Assembly: GCA_031277925.1 (NCBI GenBank)
Contig: JAITLJ010000045.1
Coordinates: forward strand, 1-48,539
Reading direction: 5' to 3'
Origin: Prevotellaceae bacterium
GTDB lineage: Bacteria > Bacteroidota > Bacteroidia > Bacteroidales > UBA932
DNA length: 48,539 nt
Part shown: one piece after another, positions 36,142 to 46,308 of the stretch
How positions within the stretch are numbered: the first letter of the stretch is position 1
Layout: each line of letters starts with the position of its first letter
Notes under the pieces: model-generated
What the model was told of the DNA's origin: nothing
What the model saw: only the letters and a program-made list of their open reading frames with translations
Database searches by the model: none
Made by a program: the position numbers and the translations under genes

Positions 36142-39100
36142 ATGAATTTAACCAAAACAAAAAAAGAAGCAGGTCGAAAACAAAAAATATTACCTGCGCG
36201 TATACTATGTATGTATTTGTATATGTACGTATGTATGTTGATTCCTTCGGGTTTATTTGCCCAGACAGGAATTATAGTTAAAGGTCAGGTTACCGATTCA
36301 GGCGTACCTATGACCGGTGTTACAGTTGTGGTTCAAGGAACAGGCAGATATGCCAGTACCGATGAATCTGGAAATTATTCTATCACAATAGACAATGATA
36401 ATTCTGTGCTGTCGTTTTCATTTATAGGTTATAAAACCGTAAACGAAACAGTGGCAGGCAGAACCATTATCAATGTTTTGATGGAAACAGATATTACCAC
36501 GCTGACTGAATCTGTTATAGTCGGTTATGGGCAAATGAAAAGAAGCGATTTGACAGGTTCAGTTGTTTCCGTATCGGCGGATGCAATTACAAAATCCGTA
36601 GTTACTTCTATTGATCAAGTATTGAACAGAGCAGCAGGCGTGCAGATAACTCAAAATTCGGGTATGCCGGGCGCAAGTACATCTGTCAGAATCAGAGGTA
36701 TAAACTCGTTAAGCGCTTCAAACGAACCTATTTATGTGATAGACGGCGTGATTATTGATGGCGGTGCAACAGGAGGTAACAATACAAATACCAATGCAAT
36801 AGCCTTTGTCAATCCCGCCGATATTGTTTCTATTGACATATTGAAAGATGCATCGGCTACTGCTATTTATGGTTCAAGAGCCTCAAACGGCGTTATTATC
36901 ATTACAACCAAACGAGGTCGAAAAGGAGATGCTTCGGTTAGTTACAATGGCTATATTGGCTGGCAGCAAATACCCGGAAAATTAGAAGTATTAAATCTGC
37001 GCGAATATGCCATACATCGCAATACATTAGCCGAGTTGGGCATTTCTCAATGGAACAACAATTTTGTCCGTCCCGATTTGCTGGGCAAAGGAACCGACTG
37101 GCAGGACGAATTGTTTACAAGCGCTTTTATGCACAGCCATAATATTTCTATTTCGGGAGGAGGCGAAAAAAACACTTATGCGATGACGGCAGGTTATCTT
37201 AATCAGGATGGTATTGCTATAGGTTCGGGATTTAAACGCTTGAACTTAACAGGTAATTTTGATGCTCAGGTAAAAGATTTTTTGAAAACAGGCATCAATT
37301 TTGCATTAAGCAATTCTAACCAAAAATTGACTGTTTCAGACCAGTCTCTGATTTCGACTGCAATACGCACAACGCCAGACGTACCTGTGCGCAATGCCGA
37401 TGGCTCTTTTGCAGGAACAGAAGAACAATTTATGCCCCGAAATCCAATGGCGCTGGCTTCGCTTGTTGACAACCGAAACGAAATTACAGGTATTCGCGGT
37501 AATACTTATGCCGAAGCTACAATTATTGACGGTTTAACCTTACGTACCGAACTTTCATTTAATTACGGCATAACAAGTACTTACAGATTTCAACCAACGT
37601 ATTATCTTTCGGCTACTCAATTTGAAGATAATAATCAGGGCGAATATTCAAAACAGTACAACAAATATTGGAACTGGCACAATGTTGTTACCTATAACAA
37701 AACATTCGGAGTACACAACATAAATGCGATGTTAGGACAAGAAATGCAAAAGTCATCGTGGGATAATCTTTCCGGTTCGCGTACGGGATTTACAACTAAC
37801 GGTGCTACCGACTTAACCTTGGGCGACGCTACAACTGCCGCCAACAACGGTTATACGGGAGCAAGCGCAATCCTTTCATTTTTTGGTCGAATATTTTATT
37901 CTTTCGACGATAAATATCTGTTAACAGCAACTTTGAGGCGTGATGGTTCTTCAAAATTCGCAAAAGAAAATCGTTGGGGATGGTTTCCATCGGCAGCTTT
38001 GGCTTGGAAAATATCCAATGAAACATTTTTTAAAAACACTGAATTTCTTAACAGTATTGGCAATATGAAACTTCGCCTGGGCTGGGGACTTGTAGGTAAT
38101 CAGAATATTCCCGATAATTATGCTTACATATCAACATATCGTACCGTGCCAACTAACATGGGAACAGGTTTGCTTGCAAGCAATACACCCAACAGAAACC
38201 TGACGTGGGAAAGTACAAATTCAACAAATATCGGTTTGGATTTGAATTTATTCAAAAACCGCATTGAATTTATTTTCGATTTTTATTACAAAAAAACCGA
38301 AAACCTCTTACTGCAAGCATCGCTTCCTGTATTTTCTGGAACTTCGGGAACGGGCGCAAGCGGTCGTCCATGGGTAAATATTGGCTCGTTGCGAAATCAG
38401 GGTGTAGAACTTACTTTAAACACCGTAAACGTTGATACAAAAGACTTCCTGTGGCGTTCAAGTATTACATTTTCATCTAACCGCAACAAAGTTTTGTCTA
38501 TCAATACTCAGACAGGCACCGATCCGCGAAGCATTGCCGACCCTGAAGGCGGCACAACAACTATTACACAAACAGTTGTAGGACAGCCTATCGGACAATT
38601 CTATGGTTATCAGATAATAGGTCGTTTTGAAAAACCAACCGATTTTTATTATAAAGATGCAGATGGCAATATAAAACGCACTCCCGTAATGTTCGACTTG
38701 CCGATAGATGAACTTAACGGAGTGTGGATTGGCGATTTTATTTACGCCGACCTTAACGGAGATGGAACAATTAATGAAAACGACCTTACTTTTATAGGTA
38801 ATCCCGAACCTGATTTTACTTTTGGTATCAGTAACACGCTTACTTATAAAAATTGGGATTTAACCATCTTTCTTACAGGTTCGGTAGGAAATCAAGCAGT
38901 AAATTACATGCGGCGCTGGATGGAAAATCCGAGACGAAATATCTCAAATCTGTTTTCAAAGGCTACACGTTATGCTCGGACAGGTTTAATCGATCCTTCC
39001 GGTCATGAAAATGATTATCGTAATTTGTATATTGTCGGCGGCGACAGCGACATGCCACGCATACCTCTATCAACTGCAACTTCCGATTATGATTTTGCTT

Positions 39101-39372
39101 TTAGCGACAGATATATTGAAGATGCTTCTTATCTTCGAATACAAAATATATCGTTAGGATACACTTTGCCACGCAGATTGACCAGCAGGTTTGGCGTTCA
39201 AACTGTAAAACTGTATTTGAACCTGCAAAATGTATATACATTTACAGGCTATTCGGGATACGACCCCGAAATTGGCATATCATACAGTAACGGCAATCAA
39301 CTCAACGGTGTAGACTTTGGACGTTATCCCTCGCCGCGTATTTATACATTCGGAATTAATATTACTTTCTAA
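36142..39372 (+). CDS. susC: SusC/RagA-family TonB-dependent outer-membrane transporter
   Basis: The 1076-aa ORF has a carboxypeptidase-regulatory-like N-domain (VKGQVTDSGVPMTGVTVVV) and a plug region (IYVIDGV...SIDILKDASATAIYGSRASNGVIIITTKRG). The C-terminal beta-barrel ends in F. Confidence 0.9.
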   Translation: MNLTKTKKEAGRKQKILPARILCMYLYMYVCMLIPSGLFAQTGIIVKGQVTDSGVPMTGVTVVVQGTGRYASTDESGNYSITIDNDNSVLSFSFIGYKTVNETVAGRTIINVLMETDITTLTESVIVGYGQMKRSDLTGSVVSVSADAITKSVVTSIDQVLNRAAGVQITQNSGMPGASTSVRIRGINSLSASNEPIYVIDGVIIDGGATGGNNTNTNAIAFVNPADIVSIDILKDASATAIYGSRASNGVIIITTKRGRKGDASVSYNGYIGWQQIPGKLEVLNLREYAIHRNTLAELGISQWNNNFVRPDLLGKGTDWQDELFTSAFMHSHNISISGGGEKNTYAMTAGYLNQDGIAIGSGFKRLNLTGNFDAQVKDFLKTGINFALSNSNQKLTVSDQSLISTAIRTTPDVPVRNADGSFAGTEEQFMPRNPMALASLVDNRNEITGIRGNTYAEATIIDGLTLRTELSFNYGITSTYRFQPTYYLSATQFEDNNQGEYSKQYNKYWNWHNVVTYNKTFGVHNINAMLGQEMQKSSWDNLSGSRTGFTTNGATDLTLGDATTAANNGYTGASAILSFFGRIFYSFDDKYLLTATLRRDGSSKFAKENRWGWFPSAALAWKISNETFFKNTEFLNSIGNMKLRLGWGLVGNQNIPDNYAYISTYRTVPTNMGTGLLASNTPNRNLTWESTNSTNIGLDLNLFKNRIEFIFDFYYKKTENLLLQASLPVFSGTSGTGASGRPWVNIGSLRNQGVELTLNTVNVDTKDFLWRSSITFSSNRNKVLSINTQTGTDPRSIADPEGGTTTITQTVVGQPIGQFYGYQIIGRFEKPTDFYYKDADGNIKRTPVMFDLPIDELNGVWIGDFIYADLNGDGTINENDLTFIGNPEPDFTFGISNTLTYKNWDLTIFLTGSVGNQAVNYMRRWMENPRRNISNLFSKATRYARTGLIDPSGHENDYRNLYIVGGDSDMPRIPLSTATSDYDFAFSDRYIEDASYLRIQNISLGYTLPRRLTSRFGVQTVKLYLNLQNVYTFTGYSGYDPEIGISYSNGNQLNGVDFGRYPSPRIYTFGINITF

Positions 39373-39383
39373 ATTAAATAATT

Positions 39384-41042
39384 ATGAATAAGAAAATTAA
39401 AAAATTAATATATCTGGTTGCAATAGCATTAACTTTATCATTAAGTTCTTGCAGCGATTTTCTTGAAATCAAACCGAACAATCTGGTTACGGGAAGCAGT
39501 TTAAGCGCCGAAAATCTTCCGGCTCTTACATCTCCGCTTTACAATGTAGTTTGGGCTGATTTCAATTCTCAATTTTATTATGGTTTGGGCGATGGAGCTT
39601 CGTATAATCTTTACGCTCCCTATTCGAACTATATTTATCCGTTTGCCGATTTTTCGGTAACAGGTCTCACCGGTCCGCTGGTAAGCGCATGGTCTTCATT
39701 TTATCAGGTTATACAACAATCGAATAAGGTGATTATAAGCATAAAAGAAAGTTCTGCAAGCGATGCATTAAAAAATCAATATATCGGCGAAGCCCGTTTT
39801 ATGCGCGGCATAGCATATTGGTATTTAGCATCGCTGTGGGGCAATGTTATCATTTCGGAAGACCCTACAATTATAGTTAATAATCCTGTAATCAATACAA
39901 ATCCACGCAATGATGCATTTGAATTTGCAATACGCGATTTGGAATTTGCAGCCAAATATTTACCCGAAACCGCTTCCGAAACCGGACGTATAGACAGGTA
40001 CAGCGCTTTTGGAATGTTATCGCGCGTGTATCTGGCTTATTCGGGTTATGTATCAAATCAAACAAATCCTAACTCGGGAACACGCAACAGCGAATATTTG
40101 GAACTCGCAAAAAAAGCAGCAGAAAAAGTTATTAACAGCAGCAAATATGAATTGATGAACGACTATTCCGATTTGTTCAAAATCGAAAATAATAACAATA
40201 GCGAATCAATGTTTGCTTTTCAGTGGGTACCCGGAATGAACAGCACAACAGGCTGGGGCGTTATAAATAATCATCAGGCATATTTTGCTTACAGTTCCGA
40301 AATTACAGGCGACGATGCCGCCTGGGGCGACTGGACACGAGCTACTTACGATGTTATTAAAGAATATAGCCTTACTGATACAATTCGCCGCAGAGCCACA
40401 TGGATGGGATACGGAGATTTTTATCCTGAAATAAACAAAGCCAACGGAGGTTTGCTTTGCCAGCGAAGCAACGGACAACAAATGCTGAATGTGAAAAAAG
40501 GAGTGGTAGGTTCCACAAAAGATAATCCTGCCATTGGGCGTATGAATTCAGCCCTTAATACATACATGCTGCGTTTGGCTGAAGTTTATCTTAATTATGC
40601 CGAAGCAATATTGGGAAACAGCGCCACAACAACCGATGCCAATGCATTACTGTACTTCAATAAAGTTCGTATCCGTGCAAAAATGCCCGAAAAACAGAGC
40701 ATCTCGTACGAAGACATACGCTACGAGCGCCGTATTGAATTTTGCATGGAAGGACAATACTGGTACGATTTGCTTAGCCGTTCATACTATCAACAGCAGG
40801 ATATAATAGAATACCTTATTGCTCAACACAGAGAAACAATAGTACCTTTCCTTTTTGAATCGCCAAATATTTTAAGTTTGGACAGTTCGCGCGATGAAGC
40901 GACACGTGCTATAGGCAATATAGATGCTTCAGTGTTTTTATTGCCTTATCCATCTGATGAAGTGATAAAAAATCCATTATTAAGAGAATCTCCGATTCCT
41001 TATCAGTTTACAGAAGAAAGAATAACAGATTTATTTAATTAA
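39384..41042 (+). CDS. susD: SusD/RagB-family nutrient-binding lipoprotein
   Basis: The lipobox is LSLSSC. The pattern EARFMRGIAYWYLASLWGNV and the later LRLAEVYLNYAEA are typical of SusD proteins. The gene immediately follows susC. Confidence 0.9.
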   Translation: MNKKIKKLIYLVAIALTLSLSSCSDFLEIKPNNLVTGSSLSAENLPALTSPLYNVVWADFNSQFYYGLGDGASYNLYAPYSNYIYPFADFSVTGLTGPLVSAWSSFYQVIQQSNKVIISIKESSASDALKNQYIGEARFMRGIAYWYLASLWGNVIISEDPTIIVNNPVINTNPRNDAFEFAIRDLEFAAKYLPETASETGRIDRYSAFGMLSRVYLAYSGYVSNQTNPNSGTRNSEYLELAKKAAEKVINSSKYELMNDYSDLFKIENNNNSESMFAFQWVPGMNSTTGWGVINNHQAYFAYSSEITGDDAAWGDWTRATYDVIKEYSLTDTIRRRATWMGYGDFYPEINKANGGLLCQRSNGQQMLNVKKGVVGSTKDNPAIGRMNSALNTYMLRLAEVYLNYAEAILGNSATTTDANALLYFNKVRIRAKMPEKQSISYEDIRYERRIEFCMEGQYWYDLLSRSYYQQQDIIEYLIAQHRETIVPFLFESPNILSLDSSRDEATRAIGNIDASVFLLPYPSDEVIKNPLLRESPIPYQFTEERITDLFN

Positions 41043-41054
41043 AATATATCAAAA

Positions 41055-42365
41055 ATGAAAAATATAATATATAAAAATCTTTTTATATGGCTTGTAATTA
41101 TAAGCATGTCTGCGATATGCCTTACATCGTGCAAAGATGATGATGATAGTGATTTGAATACTCCAATGAAGATTACAGCCGTTTATTTGGAAGATGCACA
41201 GTCATCGGTACCCGACCGACTTGTAGAATATGCACGTTTGGGACAGACTTTGCGCTTGGAAGGTTCGGGATTTGCAGGTTTGCAAAAAATTTATATCAAC
41301 GGACGTTCTACATTTTTCAACACAGCATTGTTGACGGATGTTAATGTGCTTGTAAGCATTTCGGGCGAAACGCCAATATTGGATGCCGACCCTTTGATGA
41401 GAAATACTATTGTTTTAGAAAAAAACGGAAATCAATATACATATCAATTTGAAATACGCGCTGCAGCGCCAACAATTACAAGTATTTCTCACACAATGCC
41501 TCAAGCCGGCGAAGAAATTACTGTTTACGGCACAGGATTGCAGGGAATAGAAAAAGTAACATTTCCCGGCGATGTTGTTGTAACACAAGGTATAATTTCA
41601 GATAATACAGACGGCGAATTTTGTATTGTTACAGTGCCTTCGGGCGTTTCTGACGATGGCGGTTCTCTGTTTGTTGAAGGCATTAACGGAGGAGCGTATT
41701 CGCCTGCCTGTTTCAATTTCAAACGAGGATTGTTTCATAATTTCGACGATGTAAATAATTATTCATGGTCATCAGGTATCGATGATGCAGGAACTCCGTT
41801 AACAGATATTATTCCTGCAACAGGAAGCCGTCCAAAATCGCAGGGCGGATATCAATGCTACAACGCTGCGGGAGCAACCATTGCCGCTAATGTCGATATG
41901 CGTTACTGGACAAACTCTGGCGACTGGCCATCTGCATTGCTCAATGTAATTCCGGGAAATACCGCCGCAAACATGGCGGCAGTGCAAATGGATATTTATG
42001 TGGAAGGAAACTGGAATTCAGGTTTAATACGCATGGTAATGGCTGATGGTTCAGGCACAGACAGATATTGCATGCTGTATCGTCCGTGGTACAGAAACGG
42101 CGCTATTGTGCCTTTCGAAAATCCGGACTGCTGGTACACAATTACACTTCCGTTCAGCGACAGCGATGATTATTCGGGTAAAACTTTTGCCGATGTTGTT
42201 GCTTCAATGACTGCCGCAACTTATAAACAATCAGGACCATGGTTTCATAATATCGGAATACAGGATGTTTTTGAGCCTGAGGCGACAGAAGTAAAAGTCT
42301 ATTTTGACAATTTAAGGGTAGTGCCATTAGACACGCCTGTTTATGACGAATTTGGGGATGAATAA
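41055..42365 (+). CDS. Surface lipoprotein with IPT/TIG-like domains (SusE/F-position glycan-binding protein candidate)
   Basis: The lipobox is CLTSC. Two segments resemble IPT/TIG folds (ARLGQTLRLEGSGF, AGEEITVYGTGL). It occupies the position after susD in the PUL. Confidence 0.55.
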   Translation: MKNIIYKNLFIWLVIISMSAICLTSCKDDDDSDLNTPMKITAVYLEDAQSSVPDRLVEYARLGQTLRLEGSGFAGLQKIYINGRSTFFNTALLTDVNVLVSISGETPILDADPLMRNTIVLEKNGNQYTYQFEIRAAAPTITSISHTMPQAGEEITVYGTGLQGIEKVTFPGDVVVTQGIISDNTDGEFCIVTVPSGVSDDGGSLFVEGINGGAYSPACFNFKRGLFHNFDDVNNYSWSSGIDDAGTPLTDIIPATGSRPKSQGGYQCYNAAGATIAANVDMRYWTNSGDWPSALLNVIPGNTAANMAAVQMDIYVEGNWNSGLIRMVMADGSGTDRYCMLYRPWYRNGAIVPFENPDCWYTITLPFSDSDDYSGKTFADVVASMTAATYKQSGPWFHNIGIQDVFEPEATEVKVYFDNLRVVPLDTPVYDEFGDE

Positions 42366-42399
42366 AATAATTTGTAAAATCTTAAAATATAATATTATA

Positions 42400-44571
42400 A
42401 TGAAACATTTAAAATTAATTTTACCTGCGATATTGCTTATCGGAAGTTTGTTTTCGTGTGATGAAAGCGATGAATTTAAGTATGATGATGGAAGAACTCC
42501 ATTAACAGATATAAGGGATATACCGCTTTCGGCTAATGAAAAACTTGGATTATATCAAAATCTGCTTGAATATATTCCGGCAGGAATATTGCTGGGTTGT
42601 GGTATTGATATGGTTGATGGTTATATGAATAACGAAACATATCGCAACCTGACAAATGCAAATTTTAATGCAGTTACTGTCGGCTATCACATGAAACATG
42701 GCGCTATCGTAAGCAATACGGGCGCATTTAATTTTCAGACGGTTGATAATTTTGTCAATACTTTGCCTGCAAATATTGATTTGTTCGGGCATACCTTAGT
42801 TTGGCATCAAAACCAGAACAAAACATATCTTAACCGGCTTATTGCTCCAGAGGTGATAACTGCGCCGGGAGCAAATTTATTGGATTTAAGCGCTTTGGAA
42901 GATAGAACATTTACAGGTTGGAGCATGAATAATGCCGCAGGAATAACAGTAGTGACAGGAGAAGGACGTAGCGGCGGCGATGCTGTACGTTTAGAAACAG
43001 CCACAGCCGGCAATGAATGGGATACTCAACTTTCTTCCCCTGAAATTCCCGCTGTAACAGGACATACTTACGAACTTTCATTCTGGATTAAATCAGAGGC
43101 GCCCGGACAGGGCAGAGTTTCGTTTGCAGGAATGACAAACAACTATCCGTGGATAAACGGAGCTGCATTATTCGATACAGATGGAACATGGCAGGAAATA
43201 ACTTATTCAAATTTGGAAGCTAATGACGGAGTAATAAAAATATCTTTCGATTTGGGAAAAACAGCAGGCGTATATTATATAGATATCAGTTCAATAAACG
43301 TAACAGATAAAGATGATGAACCCGCTTTTGTGAATTTTATTTCAAACGGCACATTCGATGACAATTTAGACGGTTGGGCTAAATGGAACGGCGCAGATGA
43401 CTGCATGACACAAGCAGCAGAAAACGACTCATACGAGGGAACAGGAGCATTACAAGTGGTAAACGCTGCATCAGGCAATGAATGGGATACTCAGATACAT
43501 GTTGATTTTACATCAACACTGGAACTTGATAAAAATTATGAAGTTTCGTTTATGATTAAGTCGGATGCTGATGCTACAATGCGCTGTTCAACTACAGGCG
43601 GAACAAGTCATTATCAGAGTACGCAAAACACAAGCGCTTCATGGACTAAAATTACATGGGAATTTGTTGGAAACGGCGCTGAAACAGGATTAAATTTTGA
43701 CCTTGGAAAAATTGCTGCAACATATTACATCGATAACGTAATAGTAAAAGAAATTGTTGCAGGTGGCGGTGGAACGGTTATTATTGATAAAACATGGGAA
43801 GAAAAAGTACAGATTATTGATGATGCAATGCGTAACTGGATTACCGAAACAGTGAATCACTGCAAAGGTCGCGTACACGACTGGGATGTTGTGAACGAGC
43901 CAATGACCGAAGGCGGAAACGTACGTCCGGGACAGGAAACTACCGAAACTGCCGATGAATTTTACTGGCAATATTATTTAGGCGACGATTATGCCGTAAA
44001 AGCATTTCAATATGCACGCTCTGTATGCAATCCCGGCGACAAACTGTTTATCAATGACTATAATCTCGAATCAAATAATTCAAAACTCGAAGGAATTATA
44101 AATTATGTAAATTATATAGAACAGCAAGGTCAAATAGTTGACGGCATCGGCACGCAGACTCATGCATACATACGAAATGCCGATGCTGCCACAATTGCCG
44201 AAATGAAAGCAGGAATCGACAACATGTTCCAAAAATTAGCCGCTACGGGCAAACTTGTAAAAGTGTCGGAATTAGACATACGCGTAGGCTCTACAACTCC
44301 AAGCCCCGACTTGTTGGAACTTCAATCCGAAATGTATCGCTATGTTATCGAATCGTATTTAACAAATGTACCGACAGCGCAACAGTACGGAATTACTCTA
44401 TGGGGAGTAAGCGATGGCAACAACGGCTCGTGGCTTGAAGATGATGCACCTTGCGTTTGGGATAAAAACTACAGTCGCAAACCTGCATACATGGGCGTTG
44501 CCAACGGATTGGCAGGATACGATGTAAGCGCCGAGTGGGATTATGGTTATATGGTTGATACACAAAATTAA
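42400..44571 (+). CDS. GH10 endo-xylanase lipoprotein whose catalytic domain is interrupted by two CBM4_9/CBM22-like modules
   Basis: The start MKHLKLILPAILLIGSLFSC carries a lipobox. The N-terminal GH10 piece ends in FGHTLVWHQNQ. Two repeats follow that share the GNEWDTQ motif. The GH10 domain then resumes with WDVVNEPM (acid/base) and VSELDI (nucleophile). Confidence 0.85.
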   Translation: MKHLKLILPAILLIGSLFSCDESDEFKYDDGRTPLTDIRDIPLSANEKLGLYQNLLEYIPAGILLGCGIDMVDGYMNNETYRNLTNANFNAVTVGYHMKHGAIVSNTGAFNFQTVDNFVNTLPANIDLFGHTLVWHQNQNKTYLNRLIAPEVITAPGANLLDLSALEDRTFTGWSMNNAAGITVVTGEGRSGGDAVRLETATAGNEWDTQLSSPEIPAVTGHTYELSFWIKSEAPGQGRVSFAGMTNNYPWINGAALFDTDGTWQEITYSNLEANDGVIKISFDLGKTAGVYYIDISSINVTDKDDEPAFVNFISNGTFDDNLDGWAKWNGADDCMTQAAENDSYEGTGALQVVNAASGNEWDTQIHVDFTSTLELDKNYEVSFMIKSDADATMRCSTTGGTSHYQSTQNTSASWTKITWEFVGNGAETGLNFDLGKIAATYYIDNVIVKEIVAGGGGTVIIDKTWEEKVQIIDDAMRNWITETVNHCKGRVHDWDVVNEPMTEGGNVRPGQETTETADEFYWQYYLGDDYAVKAFQYARSVCNPGDKLFINDYNLESNNSKLEGIINYVNYIEQQGQIVDGIGTQTHAYIRNADAATIAEMKAGIDNMFQKLAATGKLVKVSELDIRVGSTTPSPDLLELQSEMYRYVIESYLTNVPTAQQYGITLWGVSDGNNGSWLEDDAPCVWDKNYSRKPAYMGVANGLAGYDVSAEWDYGYMVDTQN

Positions 44572-44616
44572 ACTAATGCAGAATCAGGTTTAATCCATAA
44601 ATTGATTGTTTGTTTG

Positions 44617-44646
44617 AAAAAGGTTGTCAATACGGCAACCTTTTTC
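44617..44646 (+). terminator. Rho-independent terminator of the xylanase gene
   Basis: The stem AAAAAGGTTG / CAACCTTTTT encloses a 9-nt loop and runs into a T-run. Confidence 0.55.
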
Positions 44647-44656
44647 CTGTTTATAC

Positions 44657-44867
44657 AGTCATTCCTTACGAAAAAAAAGACAATGCCAATACATTAAAAA
44701 TTTCAGACAATTATTTCTTTCTGTTAATTTGCCTTGACACAAAAAGAAGATAATAGAAAAAAATCATATTTTGCCTGTATCTGTATAAAACTCGGCATTT
44801 TTATTCTATAATTTATGTCTATAATTTATTAATAATAAGCAGTTTCAATCCTTTTTAATGAGCGCTT
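44657..44867 (-). repeat. MITE-like repeat family A, copy 3 (inverted relative to copies 1 and 2)
   Basis: It starts with AGTCATTCCTTACGAA, which is the reverse complement of the copy-1 right end. It ends with CTTTTTAATGAGCGCT, which is the reverse complement of the copy-1 left end. The internal alignment to copy 1 needs only a few small indels. Confidence 0.65.
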
Positions 44868-44898
44868 TTATATAATATTCATGCTTTTGCTGTTAATA

Positions 44899-46308
44899 TT
44901 ACCTTTTGGTATCAAGTTTTAATAAAATAAACAGCATAATCGTAAACGCCCAGAGCGATGAACCTCCATAACTCAAAAACGGCAAAGGAATACCTATAAC
45001 AGGTATCAGTCCTATTGTCATGCTTATATTGACAGTGAAGTGAAAAAACAAAATTCCGAAAGTGCAATATGCAAAAATACGCGTAAAGGCAAATCGCTGT
45101 CGCTCGGCAATTATTATTATTCTAAACAGAAGAAAAAGATACAAACCAATGATAATTAAACATCCTGCAAAACCGGCTTCTTCGCCAATTGTACAAAATA
45201 TAAAATCGGTGCTTTGTTCGGGAACAAAATTGAATTTTGTTTGCGTTCCCTGTAAAAATCCCTGTCCAAACAGACCGCCCGAACCTATTGCTATTTTCGA
45301 CTGATTTACGTTGTATCCCGTTCCCTGCAAATCTACTCTCATATTAAGCATGTCTTCAATTCTTTCGCGTTGATGCTGTTTCAGAAAATTATTAAACACG
45401 TAGTCGACTGAAAAACTTATAAATACCGATGAGAAAAAAAATATGACAACAAAAAGCAGTTTGGCAATTCGTCCTTTATACGACATTATAAATATAAATA
45501 AAAATATTGCGACATATATTAAAATCAGATATTGTGTTTCCAGTCTAATATCTGTTTCATTGCGAATAAACATTGCGAGTATCAATCCTGTAATAAATGT
45601 GAACGCAATTTTCAGGCTTTTCCATAAAACATTTAAATTTAAGATAATGTAAATCAGCATCAAAAGCGCAGTAAGAATGCAAACGGTTTCTAATGCGGGC
45701 AGCAATAATGATATTATAAAAAGAATGGAAAGGTAAATTATTCCGATAATTATCCAGCCGCTCATGCCTTCGCGGTAAAGCATAATCAGAAATGATGCAA
45801 ATACCAGCGCCGAACCTGTATCTTTCTGCATTAATATCAATGCTACGGGAACTGTAAAAATTATTAACAGTTTCAGTATATTTGTCACCGAATTTATTTT
45901 AAATCCATATTCGCTTATCAGGTAAGAAGCTATCAACGATGTTGCTATTTTCATAAATTCAGCAGGTTGAATGCGTATCGAACCTATTGCCAGCCACGAT
46001 TTTGACCCGTTAACTTCATGCCCCGAAACAAGAACAAAAATCAATAAAAACAGTGTAAACAGATACAGCGGAAGCGACAGTACGGTAAATATTTTTATGT
46101 CTAAACAAAGTATGAAAATAGCAAGCGCAAATGCTGTTCCAATCCATACAAGTTGCATGCCGTAGCGTTGCGACATGTCGAAAATGCTTGAATGTTCTGT
46201 ATTGTAAACAGATGAATAAATGCAAATCCATCCTGTGCATACAAGAATTATGTAAACGATAATTGTTTTCCAGTCGAGGGCTTGCAATATGTTTTTTTGT
46301 CTTTTCAT
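44899..46308 (-). CDS. rodA: Rod-shape-determining SEDS protein RodA (FtsW/RodA/SpoVE family)
   Basis: The protein is polytopic, and the SEDS motif is PEQSTDFIFCTIGEEAGFAG. Its start overlaps the mrdA stop by 4 nt. Confidence 0.85.
   Translation of the reverse strand: MKRQKNILQALDWKTIIVYIILVCTGWICIYSSVYNTEHSSIFDMSQRYGMQLVWIGTAFALAIFILCLDIKIFTVLSLPLYLFTLFLLIFVLVSGHEVNGSKSWLAIGSIRIQPAEFMKIATSLIASYLISEYGFKINSVTNILKLLIIFTVPVALILMQKDTGSALVFASFLIMLYREGMSGWIIIGIIYLSILFIISLLLPALETVCILTALLMLIYIILNLNVLWKSLKIAFTFITGLILAMFIRNETDIRLETQYLILIYVAIFLFIFIMSYKGRIAKLLFVVIFFFSSVFISFSVDYVFNNFLKQHQRERIEDMLNMRVDLQGTGYNVNQSKIAIGSGGLFGQGFLQGTQTKFNFVPEQSTDFIFCTIGEEAGFAGCLIIIGLYLFLLFRIIIIAERQRFAFTRIFAYCTFGILFFHFTVNISMTIGLIPVIGIPLPFLSYGGSSLWAFTIMLFILLKLDTKR

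Noticed and set aside
36190-36245. TATG/TGTA-rich imperfect microsatellite inside the susC signal-peptide region (CMYLYMYVCML), considered as a slipped-strand phase-variation tract
   Set aside because: The repeat units are irregular, with no perfect tandem run of a length that would promote slippage.
36021-36281. 86-aa ORF overlapping the susC start
   Set aside because: It is out of frame with susC and lies in the promoter/leader region. The sequence is low-complexity.
44899-46308. RodA is unusually long (469 aa), considered as a possible fusion
   Set aside because: The extra length is additional hydrophobic loop or helix sequence within a single SEDS-like polytopic protein. I saw no separate domain motif. 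As far as I recall, long RodA proteins are common in Bacteroidota.
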